Of a stretch of 46,334 nucleotides of DNA, positions 7,788-15,714 are shown piece by piece. Both the position numbers and the translations under genes were made by a program. The stretch is from a virus (Duplodnaviria; Caudoviricetes), in the IMG/VR virus record IMGVR_UViG_3300020045_000388, positions 1 to 46,334 of that record; one strand, given 5' to 3'. Within the stretch, counting starts at the first letter, position 1. Each line of letters begins with the position of its first letter. The notes below the pieces were generated by a model, which was given only the letters and a program-made list of their open reading frames with translations, was not told where the DNA came from and searched no databases.

Positions 7788-9026
7788 ATTGTACCTGAAC
7801 TAAGTGTAATTAAGTGTTTGTTAGATTACAACACATGGGAAACTTACAAGGATTCTCTGTCTGTTAAAGACTTGTCCAAAGAAGTTCAACCCTTCTATTC
7901 TGCTCTTGATTCTTTTCATCAGCAGAACACTGCTAAAACCCCACTGTCTGTGGGTGACTTGTCTAACCTCGTGTTAGCAACGTCTCACAAGGATCGAGAC
8001 TATAACATAGGTGTCTTGGAACAGCTTGAAGGTCTATCAGCAAGGCCTGACACCACAGCAATCTTGATTCAATCCATCCTGTCTAACAAAGCTCTCAAGG
8101 AAATCTCCTTGGCTGCTTATGACGTAACTGAAGGCAGGCTGGACCCAGCAAAACTGAGAGAGATGTTCCAAGACTTTCTTGGACAGGAAGAAGCAGCTTC
8201 GCAAGAGGAAGCTGTAGAGTTTGTAACAGATGATTTAGAGGAGCTTGCTAGTGGAGCAATCACGACTCACGGACTACGCTGGAGACTTTCAACACTTAAC
8301 CAAGTGTTGGGAAGCTTACGTAAAGGGGATTTTGGATTTATCTTCGCAAGACCAGAGACTGGAAAGACTACTTTTCTTGCAAGTGAAACTACTTACATGG
8401 CAGAGCAGCTAGACGAGGATGCAGGACCTATTGTCTGGTTTAACAATGAGGAGCAAGGAAGTAAAGTAAAGCTGAGGTGCTATCAAGCTAGCCTAGGCCT
8501 CACCATGACAGAGCTTCTTGCGGACCTTCCAGGCAACCGGGAGGCCTACATGGAGAAAACTCATGGCAAGCTTAAACTATACGACAGTGGGAACATTCAT
8601 AAGAACACTGTGGAAAGTCTATGCCGCCGGTACAAACCGTCATTGATTATCTTTGACCAAATAGACAAGATTCATGGATTCACAAATGATCGTGAGGACC
8701 TCCGCCTAGGAAGCATCTACGTGTGGGCTAGAGAGCTTGCAAAGAAGTATGCCCCCGTCATTGGGGTGTGTCAGGCTGATGGCACTGGAGAGGGTGTTAA
8801 GTGGCTTACAATGGGACATGTTGCTAATGCTAAAACTGCCAAGCAAGCTGAGGCTGACTGGATTGTAGGCATCGGCAAGGTTCCTGACCAAGGTTATGAG
8901 AACATTCGCTACCTCCATGCCAGCAAGAACAAGCTGCTAGGGGACAGCGATTCCATAGGCGACCAACGCCACGGCAAGAGAGAAGTTTTAATCCGCCCGG
9001 AGAGGGCACGTTACGAGGATATCTGA
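7788..9026 (+). CDS. DnaB-like replicative helicase, probable AUU start
   Basis: Walker A ARPETGKT, NNEE, IIFDQIDK, CQA and KQAEAD. AAGGAG lies 7 nt before an in-frame ATT at 7788, whereas TTG 7818 has no RBS. Confidence 0.9.
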   Translation: MVPELSVIKCLLDYNTWETYKDSLSVKDLSKEVQPFYSALDSFHQQNTAKTPLSVGDLSNLVLATSHKDRDYNIGVLEQLEGLSARPDTTAILIQSILSNKALKEISLAAYDVTEGRLDPAKLREMFQDFLGQEEAASQEEAVEFVTDDLEELASGAITTHGLRWRLSTLNQVLGSLRKGDFGFIFARPETGKTTFLASETTYMAEQLDEDAGPIVWFNNEEQGSKVKLRCYQASLGLTMTELLADLPGNREAYMEKTHGKLKLYDSGNIHKNTVESLCRRYKPSLIIFDQIDKIHGFTNDREDLRLGSIYVWARELAKKYAPVIGVCQADGTGEGVKWLTMGHVANAKTAKQAEADWIVGIGKVPDQGYENIRYLHASKNKLLGDSDSIGDQRHGKREVLIRPERARYEDI

Positions 9027-9256
9027 TGCGTTTTCCGAAACATAGAAGTGACATGTTCATTGTCATGCGTGAGACTTATTACAACAGCGACATTGTGTAT
9101 GACCAGCTTAAGGACTCCACCCCAGTCGGCGTGTTTGTCAAATGGGAGGATGCAGACGACTTTCGAGGGGCCTGTGAGCAGGAATTTAAAGAGAAAGGGT
9201 TTGATGAAAAGGACTACTATTTCTCCGTTGTCTTGTCAACCTATTATGAGGGCTAA
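9026..9256 (+). CDS. Hypothetical protein
   Basis: TGATG-coupled 76-aa ORF with GAGG RBS. Confidence 0.65.
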   Translation: MRFPKHRSDMFIVMRETYYNSDIVYDQLKDSTPVGVFVKWEDADDFRGACEQEFKEKGFDEKDYYFSVVLSTYYEG

Positions 9257-9258
9257 AT

Positions 9259-9591
9259 ATGAGTACCTACACCCCTGACCATTGGGTCATTGTGAAACTA
9301 GAGGGAGAGAAAGTTACTGGAGGAGTCTTATACAAGGTATTAGCTGGTTGGTATGGAGGCTATGTTGGTTCTGATAGTTGGAAGCTCAATAGTGGGATTA
9401 CTAAAATAGTAGACAAAGGAGACTATTATGTCATTGAGGGTTATTCAGGTAGTCGTTATCTATGCTTCAAGGACTCAGAACGTATGGGCAGTTACACCGC
9501 TAGTATTTTTAAAGACCTTGGAGCCAGCTTAGAGGGGGAGGCTACACTTGAGGTTGTGCCCATAGAAGCTATTCTAGACATATTTAAATGA
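9259..9591 (+). CDS. Conserved-looking phage hypothetical protein
   Basis: YTPDHWVIV...GWYGGY.GSDSWKLNSGI pattern and GAGG RBS. Confidence 0.75.
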   Translation: MSTYTPDHWVIVKLEGEKVTGGVLYKVLAGWYGGYVGSDSWKLNSGITKIVDKGDYYVIEGYSGSRYLCFKDSERMGSYTASIFKDLGASLEGEATLEVVPIEAILDIFK

Positions 9592-9597
9592 GGGAAA

Positions 9598-9822
9598 ATG
9601 AATACAAACAAGCAAATTAGATTTCTTGCCATTGAGGCTGGACTTATCTCGACAGAATACAATGGTTTTGACCAGATTGAGTTAACAGGAGCACAACGAA
9701 AGTTTGCTGAGTCAATTATCCGTGAGTGCGCGAAACTCACATTAGATTTTAAAAATGACGAGCATTATAGTGGTTGGCTAGACTATCGTGACGAGATTAA
9801 GAAACATTTTGGAATGAAATGA
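9598..9822 (+). CDS. Hypothetical protein
   Basis: 74-aa ORF ending IKKHFG, with ATGA overlap into the polymerase gene. Confidence 0.65.
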   Translation: MNTNKQIRFLAIEAGLISTEYNGFDQIELTGAQRKFAESIIRECAKLTLDFKNDEHYSGWLDYRDEIKKHFGMK

Positions 9823-10949
9823 ACATTCTCTCCTTGGACACCGAAACGTCCATTTTCAACAAAGGGAATTGTTATGATAAACGGAACAATCTTGTCTGCT
9901 ATAGCTTTGCTACTGACACTGGGACTAATGGTGCTGTACAATGGCCCGAGCAGGGACCCCAGTTGGTTCGATTATTGGACGCTGCAAATCTTGTTGTGGG
10001 TTTCAATTTTAAGTTTGATCTTCATTGGTTCATAAAAGAAGGCGTTTATGAACTAAGAAATAAACAGGTATGGGACGTACAAATTGCAGAATTCATCCTG
10101 TCCAATCAAACTCTACGCTTTCCCTCTCTTAACGAGACATGTGAGAAATATGGCATTCCCTTAAAGACGGACATTGTTAAGGAGGAATACTGGAACAAGG
10201 GGATAGACACAGCGGACATACCATGGACCATCCTATCTGAGTATGCCGAGCATGATGCTGTAATCACGCTGCAATGCTATCATGAGCAGAGAAAGCTTAT
10301 GACACCAGCACAGGTAAAGCTGTGCTACCTGATGTGCCAAGACCTTCAAATCCTACAAGAGATGGAAATGAACGGCCTTCCTTTCGATGAACAACTTTGT
10401 GACACTAGATCACTGGAGGTAGATGACCAAATATCTGCGTACAAGACTGCCCTCGCCAATATCTATCCTAATATTCCCATTAACTTTGGTAGTAATGACC
10501 ATCTGTCTGCCTTTCTTTATGGCGGTGTGGTTAAAGAAGAGGGTAAAGAGCATGTCGGATTCTTCAAAACAGGGGAGCGTAAGGGACAGCCCAAATACAA
10601 AAACATAATCATTGAGCACATCCTGCCTAGGCTGTATGAACCTCTAAAGGGTTCGGAGATGCAGAAGGAAGGAATCTTTGCTACAGATGAGGGAACTCTC
10701 CGCAAGCTCAAGGGTAAGAAGGGGGTGATACAACAAATCCTAGAGCTGTCTAAGCTGGAGAAGCTTAATGGAACCTATTACAAGGGACTGGTTAAGCTTC
10801 GCAAAGAAATGAATTGGGAAGAAGGAATTTTACATGGACAATTCAACCAAACCACTGCTCAAACCGGAAGGCTTAGTAGCTCCCGCCCCAACCTGCAAAA
10901 CTTCAGCTCCGACCTGCAAGACATCTTCATCAGCACCTATGTGGACTGA
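9819..10949 (+). CDS. Family A DNA polymerase, N-terminal subunit (3'-5' exonuclease, thumb, start of palm)
   Basis: ExoI LDTET, ExoII FNFKFDL, ExoIII YAEHD, and TGRLSSSRPNLQN near the C-terminus. Confidence 0.92.
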   Translation: MNILSLDTETSIFNKGNCYDKRNNLVCYSFATDTGTNGAVQWPEQGPQLVRLLDAANLVVGFNFKFDLHWFIKEGVYELRNKQVWDVQIAEFILSNQTLRFPSLNETCEKYGIPLKTDIVKEEYWNKGIDTADIPWTILSEYAEHDAVITLQCYHEQRKLMTPAQVKLCYLMCQDLQILQEMEMNGLPFDEQLCDTRSLEVDDQISAYKTALANIYPNIPINFGSNDHLSAFLYGGVVKEEGKEHVGFFKTGERKGQPKYKNIIIEHILPRLYEPLKGSEMQKEGIFATDEGTLRKLKGKKGVIQQILELSKLEKLNGTYYKGLVKLRKEMNWEEGILHGQFNQTTAQTGRLSSSRPNLQNFSSDLQDIFISTYVD

Positions 10950-11088
10950 TCTTGTCTACCGCCTACGGAAACGTGCTGAGATTCGACGGCAGATTCCTAG
11001 GGGAGAGCCAGACCGTATTGCAGATTTATTAGAAGAAGCAGCGAAAGCTCTAGAAAGTGTAAATGAACAAAGAACTAGAACATCTTGA
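10939..11088 (+). CDS. Small hypothetical protein between the polymerase halves
   Basis: MWTDLVYRLRKRAEIRRQIPRGEPDRIADLLEEAAKALE, the internal ATG of ORF 10834. Confidence 0.6.
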   Translation: MWTDLVYRLRKRAEIRRQIPRGEPDRIADLLEEAAKALESVNEQRTRTS

Positions 11089-11251
11089 ATATAACGACAG
11101 CATTGTTAATTTTATTAGCATTATTAATCAGCATGGGGCACAGAAGGTTTTACATGATGTGCAGGCCTATTATCCGGGCTTCTTTGATGAAATTAAAATC
11201 CAAATCAATCGCTTCCCTGTTAAACCAGTGGCGGCGCTCCTAAGGAAATAG
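11063..11251 (+). CDS. Small hypothetical protein between the polymerase halves
   Basis: 62-aa ORF overlapping the previous gene. Confidence 0.55.
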   Translation: MNKELEHLEYNDSIVNFISIINQHGAQKVLHDVQAYYPGFFDEIKIQINRFPVKPVAALLRK

Positions 11252-11311
11252 TCGCTTGAGTACAAGCTCCGTGGAAAACACTGTAGTAAATACAGAGGAG
11301 GATGCCCTACC

Positions 11312-12047
11312 ATGCTGATTCAATGTGACGCGAGTCAGTTGGAATAGCTACGATTGGCGTACTATTTTACAACTAGCAAATGACCAAGTAGGGATTGATG
11401 AAATTATAAGTGGAGAAGACACCCATGCAAAGAATCAAACTGCTTTTGACCTTCCTTCTAGGCTCATTGCTAAGATTTTCCTCTTTAGAACCATCTTCCG
11501 AGGTAGTGGCTGGAGTTTTGCTAATGATCCTGATTTCATGCATGTATCTAGCTCGTCCAAGTTTTGGGACGGGATGAATGAGAAATTTTACAAGAAGTAT
11601 AAAGGCATTGATGAATGTCACAGCAAATGGAAGGACATTGTTGTAGCGGGAAGGCCTATAGAAGGCCCTATGGGACGTTCTTGGACAATCCCCATGGGTA
11701 GGGACTATAAAGGGGAACTAAAGGTTCCTTGGACCACTCTCTCAAACTACCCTGTTCAGGGCACAGGAGCAGACGTAATGATGATGGCTAGGATTATGGC
11801 TTACAAACGTATTAAACAAGCTAAAATAGATTGCCTGTTTCGTTCCACTGTCCATGATTCTATTTGTGTAGATACACATGCTTCCAATGCACAGGCTCTA
11901 GCCAATCTCTTTGCTCAAGTCTTTGATGATTTACCTATGGAAATCTACAAAGTATTTGGGTATGAGTGGGTAGTGCCTATGGCATGTGAGACTAAGGGTG
12001 GCCCCAACATGAAAGACCAAAAGAAAGTTTTACGAAACGATAAATAA
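11312..12047 (+). CDS. Family A DNA polymerase, C-terminal catalytic subunit; frame broken by a 10-nt insert at 11345-11354
   Basis: GGAGG RBS, then ATG gives MLIQCDASQLE*. WRTILQLA resumes 10 nt later. Motif B RLIAKIFLF, NYPVQGTGAD and motif C TVHDS are intact. Confidence 0.88.
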
Positions 12048-12050
12048 TAC

Positions 12051-12080
12051 TTGACAAGACAGCCTAAAGTATGGTATACT
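12051..12080 (+). promoter_or_regulatory. Sigma70-type promoter, twin of the 7699 promoter
   Basis: TTGACA (12051-56), 18-nt spacer with TGn, TATACT (12075-80). It shares AGTATGNTATACTGAA with the first promoter. Confidence 0.85.
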
Positions 12081-12086
12081 GAAGGT

Positions 12087-12551
12087 ATGAACACATTAAA
12101 ATTAACACAGAGACTTCTACGAAACTCAACACTCGATCCCGAAACAGGTTGTTGGAATTGGGATAATAGTAAGAGTAGATGGGGATATGGACATATCAAT
12201 GTAGCTGGAAAGATAAAACTAGCACATCGCGTTTCTTATGCCACATTAAATGGCGCTATCCCAGATGGCCTGTGTGTTTTGCACAGGTGTGATAATCCTG
12301 CTTGTATTAACCCAGAACATTTATTTTTAGGAACTAATGCAGATAATGTAGCAGATAAGGTAAAGAAAAACAGACAGAGTTTAATAGGACAGGGAAAAGG
12401 AGAGAAACACACTATGTCGAAGTTGACAAACAAAGATGTATTGAATATCCGTGCTTCCTCTTTGTCCCAAAATAAGTTAGCGGCTATGTATCATACAACG
12501 CAGTCTAACATTAGTTTAATCAGAAGTCGTGCTCATTGGGCACATATTTAA
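12087..12551 (+). CDS. HNH homing endonuclease
   Basis: GCWNW, GYG, AHRVSY, and VLHRCDNPACINPEHLFLGTNADN. Confidence 0.9.
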   Translation: MNTLKLTQRLLRNSTLDPETGCWNWDNSKSRWGYGHINVAGKIKLAHRVSYATLNGAIPDGLCVLHRCDNPACINPEHLFLGTNADNVADKVKKNRQSLIGQGKGEKHTMSKLTNKDVLNIRASSLSQNKLAAMYHTTQSNISLIRSRAHWAHI

Positions 12552-12564
12552 GGAAATAGTATTT

Positions 12565-13122
12565 ATGAACGTAACCATTCTCTCGGTAGAAGTTAAAACA
12601 ATTCCGACGAATAAAGGGAGCTACCAAAAAGCAGAGGTAGCTTATAAGAATAATTCTTTTCAGGGTAAAGTAGAGGGTAAAGCCGTGATGAGCTTTGGTG
12701 CTACAGCAGGTGCCTTCAAGACTCTCTCACAGGCACAGAGCGGAGAGACTTATGAGGTGGAGGTTGTCAAGAATGCTGCTGGCTATAATGATTGGACCTC
12801 CCTGACACCGGCAGGTCTATCAACAGCCCCAGGAGCAGCTCCTGCTGCGACAACCAACAAACCATCTACAGCAACCCCAGTACGAAGCACCTATGAAACG
12901 CCTGAAGAACGTGCAGCTAAGCAAGTTTACATTATCCGTCAGTCTAGTCTTAGTGCTGCTGTCTCTACTCTGTCTGTGGGTGCTAAAGTCCTTAAGCCCG
13001 ACGACGTTATCACTCTTGCTACCAAGTATGTAAACTTTGTTATGGGTGTTAAGGACAAGGGTGCTAGTGGGTTTGAAGACATCCCTGACTTTGCTGATGA
13101 AGAGTTTCCAAGTCCTAATTAA
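12565..13122 (+). CDS. Putative single-stranded DNA-binding protein
   Basis: Beta-rich N-terminus, Ala/Pro/Thr linker and acidic aromatic tail (FEDIPDFADEEF). It lies between the polymerase and exonuclease genes. Function is inferred. Confidence 0.55.
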   Translation: MNVTILSVEVKTIPTNKGSYQKAEVAYKNNSFQGKVEGKAVMSFGATAGAFKTLSQAQSGETYEVEVVKNAAGYNDWTSLTPAGLSTAPGAAPAATTNKPSTATPVRSTYETPEERAAKQVYIIRQSSLSAAVSTLSVGAKVLKPDDVITLATKYVNFVMGVKDKGASGFEDIPDFADEEFPSPN

Positions 13123-13351
13123 AATCTTCCTAGAGAGTTGTCTAATTGTGGGTTTGTTTGCTGGAGGGGTTTGGACAGGCAATAACTATGCTGAGCTTGT
13201 AGCCCCCCTTCCTGAACAAACCAACCTATGCTATGACACTCCTAAATATGAAGCGTGGGTTGCTCACAAAAATGGGTTCTCTCGTTGCTTCTTTGAACAG
13301 CGCTCCTATCCTCATAGGGTGAGGGCGTCTCACATAGAAAGGGAAGAATGA
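13097..13351 (+). CDS. Small membrane-anchored hypothetical protein
   Basis: N-terminal hydrophobic stretch and ATGA overlap with the exonuclease. The start is uncertain. Confidence 0.55.
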   Translation: MKSFQVLIKIFLESCLIVGLFAGGVWTGNNYAELVAPLPEQTNLCYDTPKYEAWVAHKNGFSRCFFEQRSYPHRVRASHIEREE

Positions 13352-14058
13352 TTGTTTTAGTAGATGGAGACATAGTATGCTACCGCTCCGCTGCCTCTTG
13401 TGAACCAAGCAAGGCTAGGGACTGGGTAGAGCCCCTAGAGGTGGCTATAATGCGCGTAGACGACCTTATGCGTCGCATCCTAGAGGAGACACAGGCTACC
13501 TCCTACAAAGCCTTCCTGACAGGCTCTGACAACTTCCGTATGGAACATAACCCAGAATACAAGGCCAACAGAAAGGATGTGGTACGGCCTCGGTGGTTGC
13601 AAGATTGTCGTGAACATTTGGTTATGGAATGGAAGGCCTCTGTTCAGGATGGACAGGAAGCTGATGATGCTATGGGCATTGCTCAATGCGAGGCCGAGCT
13701 AGGATCAACGATCATAGCGAGTATTGACAAAGACCTTCTTTGCATTCCGGGGAAACATTACAACTTTGTAACAGGAGAGTTTCGTGAGCAATCTGCTATT
13801 GATGCTTGTCGTCATTTCTATTGGCAGCTTATTATGGGGGATCGGGGTGATAATGTTTTTGGCTACGATGGCAAAGCCCGACAGACAGTTCCCAAATTTA
13901 TGGAACTCATTATGGCTGAGCTGTCTAGCTATGATAGGGAGTCAGACATGTTTGATTTTGTTAAGTCTCTATATGCGGACGACGACAGGCTTCTAATGAA
14001 TGGGCGCTGTTTATGGATTAGGCATGCGGAAGGAGAGGTATGGAAATTCCCCCACTAA
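13348..14058 (+). CDS. 5'-3' exonuclease (T7 gp6 / PolI 5' nuclease-like)
   Basis: VDGDIVCY, NFR...YKANR, EADD, SIDKDL and GDRGDN motifs. Confidence 0.92.
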   Translation: MIVLVDGDIVCYRSAASCEPSKARDWVEPLEVAIMRVDDLMRRILEETQATSYKAFLTGSDNFRMEHNPEYKANRKDVVRPRWLQDCREHLVMEWKASVQDGQEADDAMGIAQCEAELGSTIIASIDKDLLCIPGKHYNFVTGEFREQSAIDACRHFYWQLIMGDRGDNVFGYDGKARQTVPKFMELIMAELSSYDRESDMFDFVKSLYADDDRLLMNGRCLWIRHAEGEVWKFPH

Positions 14059-14222
14059 AAGATTTCTATCATGCAGTGCGAGTAATCTATGCTCTCTGTA
14101 AAGAGACCGACTGGATATATGATGAAGTAGTTACAGAGTTTATTAAACATCAAAAAAACAATCCAACCGGCAGTTTAAACGATCAGGTACAGTCGGCATT
14201 CATGGCCGCTGCTCATAAATGA
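14040..14222 (+). CDS. Hypothetical protein
   Basis: AGGAGAGG RBS, 60 aa, ATGA overlap. Confidence 0.6.
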   Translation: MEIPPLKDFYHAVRVIYALCKETDWIYDEVVTEFIKHQKNNPTGSLNDQVQSAFMAAAHK

Positions 14223-14578
14223 CCAAATGGAGTCCTGCTCGTAAAAAAGCCTTCATTGTTTCTGTTTTACGGAGCGGTACCCAGCGTTACCCTCCTAAAT
14301 ATGAAACTTTGAACGAGGCTAAAACAGAAAAGAAAATAAACAACAAGAGTGGGAGACTTGCCCAGCATTTTCAATGCGCTGCTTGTAAGAAGGACTTCCC
14401 TGCAAAGGATGTTCAATGTGATCATGTCCTTCCAGTTGTAGACCCCAAGCAGGGGTTTGTCTCATGGGATGTTTACATCGAACGTCTCTATTGTGAGAAA
14501 GAGAATTTCCAAATCCTCTGTCGTGACTGCCATCATTCCAAAACACAGAAAGAAAAGAAAACACGTGCTAATAAATAA
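14219..14578 (+). CDS. HNH endonuclease
   Basis: CAAC...CDHVLPV...NFQILCRDCHHSKT. Confidence 0.85.
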   Translation: MTKWSPARKKAFIVSVLRSGTQRYPPKYETLNEAKTEKKINNKSGRLAQHFQCAACKKDFPAKDVQCDHVLPVVDPKQGFVSWDVYIERLYCEKENFQILCRDCHHSKTQKEKKTRANK

Positions 14579-14750
14579 ATCAGTGGAGCTAGAGAATGGC
14601 TCTGTACAATTTAATGGAGAACTTAGTCAGCAAGAGCTTGACCTCGTTCTCACAATGGGTCTTAATTATCTTCTTGCTAAAGGCGCTGTACCGTTTACCA
14701 GCAAGCAGAAGGAAGACGTTCATCAAAATCAAAGTGGGTTTGAGCAATGA
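14565..14750 (+). CDS. Hypothetical protein
   Basis: GTG start inside ORF 14457 (MLINKSVELENG...). It fills the gap between genes. Confidence 0.6.
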   Translation: MLINKSVELENGSVQFNGELSQQELDLVLTMGLNYLLAKGAVPFTSKQKEDVHQNQSGFEQ

Positions 14751-14953
14751 AATGTTTCCTTAAATGTTTAGGAAGTCTCCTCTTCTTACCTCCTTTTATA
14801 CTCCTATGGATGTGGATTGTGTTCCTTCTTATTGTACTTGCTCCTGTAAGAGGTATGATATGGATTGCTGGATGTTCTGATCCAAGTGAGTCTTTTATAG
14901 GGCTATGGGTAGACGTAAGTTTAGATTTTTTAGAATGGTATCAACAGCTATGA
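14747..14953 (+). CDS. Small membrane protein
   Basis: Long hydrophobic segment and ATGA overlaps at both ends. Confidence 0.6.
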   Translation: MKCFLKCLGSLLFLPPFILLWMWIVFLLIVLAPVRGMIWIAGCSDPSESFIGLWVDVSLDFLEWYQQL

Positions 14954-15714
14954 GTAAAATCTTAGTATTACCTGACGTGCAGGCGAAACCGGGGACAGAC
15001 TTCGCCTACCTGAATAAGATAGGCCGATATATGGTGGATAAGAAGCCTGACACCGTTGTGTGCCTAGGGGACTTCACTGACATGCCTTCTCTATCTTCCT
15101 ATGACCAAGGTAAGAAGAGCTTTGAAGGACGACGTTATTTAGCAGATATTGAGGCTGCTAAGGATGCTATGTGTGCTTTCTTATCCCCTATGTGGGAGTT
15201 TAATGCTAAGGCTAAGAAAAACAAGGAGAAGCAATATCACCCTCGGATGGTGCTCACACTCGGAAACCACGAGAATCGAATCAATCGAGCTGTCAATGAT
15301 GACCCAAAACTAGAAGGAGTCTTAAGTGTCGATCATTTGGGATATGAGGGATTTGGATGGGAGGTGGTTCCCTTCCTTGACGTTATCGTTATTGATGGTG
15401 TGGCCTTTTCTCACTACTTTGTCACGGGACTCATGGGCCGTCCTGTCACGTCAGCTGCGGCCTGTCTTACAAAGAAACACCAATCGGTCATACAGGGCCA
15501 TCAACAGGGTCTTCAAATCGCCACTGGTTACAAGGCTGATGGAAGCCTTCTGACAAGCGTTATAGCAGGCAGCTGCTATGAACATAATGAAGACTATATG
15601 AGCTGGCAAAGCAATAACCATTGGCGGGGCTTTCTCATGCTGCATGACGTACAGGATGGAGCCTTTGATTTGATGCCTGTAAGTTTGTCTTATATTAACA
15701 AGAAATATTCATGA
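14950..15714 (+). CDS. Calcineurin-like metallophosphoesterase
   Basis: LPDVQ, LGDFTD, LGNHE, FSH and QGHQQ motifs. Confidence 0.88.
   Translation: MSKILVLPDVQAKPGTDFAYLNKIGRYMVDKKPDTVVCLGDFTDMPSLSSYDQGKKSFEGRRYLADIEAAKDAMCAFLSPMWEFNAKAKKNKEKQYHPRMVLTLGNHENRINRAVNDDPKLEGVLSVDHLGYEGFGWEVVPFLDVIVIDGVAFSHYFVTGLMGRPVTSAAACLTKKHQSVIQGHQQGLQIATGYKADGSLLTSVIAGSCYEHNEDYMSWQSNNHWRGFLMLHDVQDGAFDLMPVSLSYINKKYS

Noticed and set aside
10950-11311. Intron or intein joining the two polymerase halves
   Set aside because: I saw no P7-type elements or IGS like those in the terL intron, and no intein ends. The second half has its own RBS and ATG. UGA readthrough at 10947 meets another TGA ten codons later.
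11325-11354. Track start GTG 11325 (MTRVSWNSYD) as the true polymerase start
   Set aside because: It has no suitably spaced SD and would omit the catalytic Asp of motif A, which is encoded in the other frame.
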